Positions 55,859-59,636 of a DNA stretch of 59,636 nucleotides are shown piece after piece; the stretch's first letter is position 1, and each line of letters opens with the position of its first letter. The translations under genes and the position numbers were made by a program. This DNA is from an uncultured Selenomonadaceae bacterium (lineage in GTDB: Bacteria > Bacillota > Negativicutes > Selenomonadales > Selenomonadaceae). The notes beneath the pieces were generated by a model. The model was not told where the DNA came from. It worked only from the letters and a program-made list of their open reading frames with translations, and searched no databases. Location of the stretch: assembly GCA_905236285.1 (NCBI GenBank), contig CAJOPN010000106.1:1-59636 (forward strand), in the 5' to 3' direction.

Positions 55859-57756
55859 TTTAAATTCTCCACAGCCTGAGCAATTTTTTGTGCAGAAATT
55901 TTCAAATCTTCTTCAGTATGAGTCGCCATAATCGCAATGCGCAGTCTCGCCGCACCTTTGGCTACAGTCGGATAACGAATTGCAGAAATATAAATTCCTT
56001 CGTCAAAAAGTTTTTCGGCAATTTTTAAAGATTTTTCTTCATCACCGATTATTACAGGAATGATTGCGGATTCGCTTTTTACATTGATTCCGTAATTTTT
56101 TAATTGAGTACAAAAAAAATTTACATTATATTGAAGTTGTTTAACTCTCTGCGGCTCATCATTTAAAATTTTCAGCGCAGTAATTGCAGAAGTCAAAGCT
56201 GCGGGAGATAAGCTTGTTGAAAAAATAAAACTTCGTGCCTTGTTGTGCAGATAATCAATCAATAAATTATTTCCGCAGACAAAACCGCCTTCACTTGCCA
56301 AAGACTTGCTCAAAGTTCCCATTAAAATATCAGGCTTATCATTTAAATCGAAATGTTCGACGATTCCGTGACCATTTTTTCCGATTACTCCCGTTGAATG
56401 AGCTTCATCAATCATCACTAATAAATTATATTTTCGTGCGATTGAAATTATTTCTGGCAGATTTGCAATATCTCCGTCCATACTGAAAACGGCATCAGAA
56501 ATAATAATTCGGAATGATGAATTTCGGAATTGATTAATTTTTCGTTCAAGATCGAGCATGTCGTTATGTTTATAAATAACAATTTTTGCACGAGAAAGCC
56601 GGCAGCCGTCAATAATACTGGCATGATTTAATTCGTCGCTGAAGATGATTGAATTTTTATCGCAGAGTGCCGAAATTGTTCCAAGATTCGCCATGTAACC
56701 TGTATTGAATAAAATTGCCGATTCAGTATTTTTGAAGTCGGCAAGATTTTTTTCAAGCTCTTCATGCAAAATTAAATTGCCTGTCGTAAGTCTTGAGCCT
56801 CCTGAACCGCTTCCGAATTTTTCAATTGCCGCTTGTGCAGATTTTTTTACTTGTTCGTCATCAATCAGTCCTAGATAATTATTTGAAGCAAGCAAAATAA
56901 AATCTTTGTTTTCAATTTTTACATGTGAACTTTGAGCCGTTTCAAAAATTTTCATTGTTCGGTAAAGTTTATTTTCTTTGAGATTTTTTAAAGAATTTTT
57001 CAACGGCTGCCAAACATCTTGAACAATTTCAGTCGGAGCAGTAGGAACATTTTTAACCAAAACTTTTTTATTTTCTAGGTAATTTATACACTTTTCAACT
57101 TCTTCACGATTTCCGCGATACAAAAAAATTCTGCCGCCATCGGGACAATTCATTTCTTTCAATTTTGTGATTCTTACATATCCGAAAGATTTTGACGCAA
57201 TATAACCGGTGACATAGTTCGGATCGTCAGAAATACAAATTTCGGCGACAATATTAGGTGCGTTTATAACTTTGCTTGCAAGAACAATCGCCTCTCTGAA
57301 ATGATTTTTTGTATCATCGACATTTAAATTATTTTCAGCCGTGTCCATGAAGGTTGCTCTTATTCCGCGTTCTTGATTCGGTTCAAGTCTTTCAAGGGTA
57401 TCGACATCAAGGAGCATTGCGCCGCGCATGTTGTAAGTTTGCGAAAACATTTTCATAATTTTTTCGGCGTTGTTGATTCCGATTTTTGAAAGATAATCAA
57501 TTATAATTTGCCGGCCTTCTTGAAAATTTTCAACTTCAACTGTTTTGACAGGCAAAGCGTCGACATATTCAATTTCATTTTCGGCAATCGTTTCAATTTT
57601 CAAATTTACAAAATCGGGCTTGCCTTTCGCGTGATGAAGTGCTCGATTAATCAGCGCGTCTATATTTGTTTTTAATTCGTCCTCACGTAAAATTCTTTCT
57701 GCTCCCGATATGTGATTTTTCGATTGACTTGCTCTCATTTTTAAACTGTATAACAT
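55855..57756 (-). CDS. bioW/bioF: Fused 6-carboxyhexanoate-CoA ligase / 8-amino-7-oxononanoate synthase (BioW-BioF)
   Basis: The N-terminus MLYSLKMRASQSKNHISGAERI...GKPDF matches BioW. The C-terminal half is an AONS-type PLP enzyme (DEAHSTGVIG, GTLSKSL). ATG 57756 (AAGGAA SD, 9-nt spacing) is preferred; TTG 57777 is the alternative. Confidence 0.85.
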   Translation of the reverse strand: MLYSLKMRASQSKNHISGAERILREDELKTNIDALINRALHHAKGKPDFVNLKIETIAENEIEYVDALPVKTVEVENFQEGRQIIIDYLSKIGINNAEKIMKMFSQTYNMRGAMLLDVDTLERLEPNQERGIRATFMDTAENNLNVDDTKNHFREAIVLASKVINAPNIVAEICISDDPNYVTGYIASKSFGYVRITKLKEMNCPDGGRIFLYRGNREEVEKCINYLENKKVLVKNVPTAPTEIVQDVWQPLKNSLKNLKENKLYRTMKIFETAQSSHVKIENKDFILLASNNYLGLIDDEQVKKSAQAAIEKFGSGSGGSRLTTGNLILHEELEKNLADFKNTESAILFNTGYMANLGTISALCDKNSIIFSDELNHASIIDGCRLSRAKIVIYKHNDMLDLERKINQFRNSSFRIIISDAVFSMDGDIANLPEIISIARKYNLLVMIDEAHSTGVIGKNGHGIVEHFDLNDKPDILMGTLSKSLASEGGFVCGNNLLIDYLHNKARSFIFSTSLSPAALTSAITALKILNDEPQRVKQLQYNVNFFCTQLKNYGINVKSESAIIPVIIGDEEKSLKIAEKLFDEGIYISAIRYPTVAKGAARLRIAIMATHTEEDLKISAQKIAQAVENLK

Positions 57757-57769
57757 TTTTATTGATTCC

Positions 57770-58663
57770 TTATTCAACTAAAGTGCCTAATCCTTGATTT
57801 GTGAAAAGTTCCAAAATTATTGAATGAGGCAAACGTCCGTCAATGATATAAGTTTTTTTTGCACCGCCTTGAATTGCTCTGAGACATGCCTCAACTTTCG
57901 GAATCATTCCACCTGCAATAATTCCTTCTTTTATATATTCTCTCGCGTCTTTCGCAGTCAATGTTGAAATAAAAGTGCTTTTGTCATTAAAATTTTTGTA
58001 AACGCCTTCGGTATCGGTTAGCAGTAAAAGTTTTTCGGCTTTAATCGCACCTGCAATATCTGCCGCAACATAATCGGCATTAATATTGTAACTTTCACCG
58101 TTTTCACCGACTCCTATAGGAGCAATCACCGGCACATAATTTTTACTGATTAAATCGTTGACAATCGTTATATCAATATTTTTTGCCTTGCCGACATATC
58201 CTATATCAACTTTTGTTTTTTCGCCGTCTTCGTAAACTGTTGCCAATTTTTTTTCGGCTTGAATCAATCCTGCATCTTTGCCGCTTAATCCGACTGCACG
58301 AACTCCACGACGATTGAGCAGCGTGACAATTTCAGAATTAATTTTTCCATCAAGAACCATTTCTGCAATTTCAACCGTCTCTTCGTCAGTTACACGAAGT
58401 CCGCTGACAAATGAGGATTCTTTGCCGACTTTTTTTAAAAATTGAGTTATTTCAGGTCCGCCGCCGTGTACGATTACAACATTTATTCCGACGAATTTCA
58501 TCAATGCAACGTCCTGCATAACTTTTTCTTTTAATTCATCATTGACCATTGCATTGCCGCCGTATTTTATTACAATCGTTTTTCCGTAAAATTCTTGAAT
58601 GTACGGAAGAGCTTCAACCAAAATTGATGCTCTGTCCTCCGCCGTAAAATTTTTTTGTGTCAT
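57770..58663 (-). CDS. argB: Acetylglutamate kinase
   Basis: IVIKYGGNAM, VIVHGGGPEI, GYVG, LLLTDTEGV. ATG 58663 is preceded by GAGGTG. Confidence 0.93.
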   Translation of the reverse strand: MTQKNFTAEDRASILVEALPYIQEFYGKTIVIKYGGNAMVNDELKEKVMQDVALMKFVGINVVIVHGGGPEITQFLKKVGKESSFVSGLRVTDEETVEIAEMVLDGKINSEIVTLLNRRGVRAVGLSGKDAGLIQAEKKLATVYEDGEKTKVDIGYVGKAKNIDITIVNDLISKNYVPVIAPIGVGENGESYNINADYVAADIAGAIKAEKLLLLTDTEGVYKNFNDKSTFISTLTAKDAREYIKEGIIAGGMIPKVEACLRAIQGGAKKTYIIDGRLPHSIILELFTNQGLGTLVE

Positions 58664-58673
58664 AAATTTCACC

Positions 58674-59636
58674 TCAGGTAGTGTACTCCCCATTGATTTT
58701 AACATATCCGTAACTCAAGTCACAACTGTAAACCGTTGCCTCTGCATTTCCTTCGCCGAGATTAATATCAATCAAAATTTCATGTTCAGACATTACTTTT
58801 TTTAAAGCTGCATTATCAAATTTTGCTCCGACCGAATGAGCATAAACGGGAACATCTCCGAATTTAATTACAACTTTTTCAGGACTGATTTTAACTCCGC
58901 TGTAACCGACTGCACAAATTACACGTCCCCAATTCGGATCTTCACCAAAAAATGCAGTTTTCACAAGAGGAGATTTTGCAACACTCATTCCGACTTGTTT
59001 TGCATCTGAAAAATTTTCTGCGCCGTGAACGTGAATTGTCAAAAATTTTGTTGCACCTTCACCATCTGAAGCGATTCTTTTTGAAAGTTCCGTGCAAATA
59101 TTTTTCAACGTATCATAAAAAATTTTGTAATCGGAATTTTTTTCGGTAATTTTCGGATTGCCTGCCTCTCCATTAGCCAAAACAGTTACCATATCATTTG
59201 TTGACATATCTCCGTCAACCGAAATCATATTGAAACTTACTTCCGTTATTTCGCTTAATGCTTCCTGCAAAAGTTTTGAATCAATCGCCGCATCTGTCGT
59301 TATGAAACAAAGCATCGTCGCCATATTCGGCTGAATCATTCCGGAACCTTTTGCTATCGCTCCGAATCTTACTTCCTTACCTCCGATTGTAACTTCAGTC
59401 GCACATGCTTTTGAATATGTATCGGTCGTTATGATTGCATTTCCTGCATTTATACTGCCTTCTTTTGAAAGTTCTTTGACTGCATTTTTTATTCCAACTT
59501 CCATTTTATCCATCGGCAAATTTACGCCTATAACACCGGTTGATGCAACAATTACATCGTCTTCACGACATTTTAATTCTTTCGCCGCAATTTTACACAT
59601 TGATTCAGCGTCACGCAAACCCTGTTCACCTGTACA
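58674..59636 (-). CDS. argJ: Bifunctional ornithine acetyltransferase / N-acetylglutamate synthase ArgJ (5' end outside the window)
   Basis: The ORF stays open to the window edge (..CTGEQGLRDAESMC..). Autoprocessing site NMATMLCFITTDA. Confidence 0.92.
   Translation of the reverse strand, partial: CTGEQGLRDAESMCKIAAKELKCREDDVIVASTGVIGVNLPMDKMEVGIKNAVKELSKEGSINAGNAIITTDTYSKACATEVTIGGKEVRFGAIAKGSGMIQPNMATMLCFITTDAAIDSKLLQEALSEITEVSFNMISVDGDMSTNDMVTVLANGEAGNPKITEKNSDYKIFYDTLKNICTELSKRIASDGEGATKFLTIHVHGAENFSDAKQVGMSVAKSPLVKTAFFGEDPNWGRVICAVGYSGVKISPEKVVIKFGDVPVYAHSVGAKFDNAALKKVMSEHEILIDINLGEGNAEATVYSCDLSYGYVKINGEYTT

Noticed and set aside
1-59636. Searched by eye for CRISPR arrays, tRNA/rRNA genes, IS elements, integrases and prophage genes
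   Set aside because: No regularly spaced direct repeats were seen. No intergenic region is long or GC-rich enough for a structured RNA gene. No transposase- or integrase-like ORF is in the track. A tRNA, CRISPR and covariance-model scan would be the decisive check.

Overview
AT-rich (about one-third G+C by eye, not computed), densely packed chromosomal segment of Firmicutes type. It carries the cysS-mrnC-rlmB-yacP-sigH block, dxr-rseP, addB, yggS-sepF, plsY and hslO. It also encodes a secretin, which suggests a diderm lineage (Negativicutes- or Halanaerobiales-like). I saw no rRNA, tRNA, CRISPR array, IS element or prophage. Most genes are housekeeping: malic enzyme, purL, murC/ddl, murG, clpX, gatA/gatB, ribD, dapL, argJ/argB, bioW-bioF and copA. 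The accessory content sits in three places. (1) Locus 1866-6338 holds a methyltransferase broken by a G10 tract, a 557-aa orphan with a sulfotransferase-like C-terminal half, nrnA and a GT2. (2) Island 34110-36771, inserted between mrnC and rlmB, holds a GT10 fucosyltransferase-like gene and a tandem paralogue broken by a C7 tract. (3) Module 23814-27468 has four genes: an XpaC-TM2 fusion, TelA, a Cys-rich exported orphan, and a TerD-like domain lacking the canonical acidic calcium ligands. My best candidates for undescribed biology are the Ter/TelA-like module and the two homopolymer-switched surface-glycan loci. Further oddities: murG can only encode its essential G-loop from an ATA start. 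A Uma2 nuclease is translationally coupled inside the mur operon. The gat genes run gatB-ybaK-gatA without gatC. A secretin/PilP-like pair is embedded in an arg/bio operon. All family calls come from motif recognition by eye; no searches were run.
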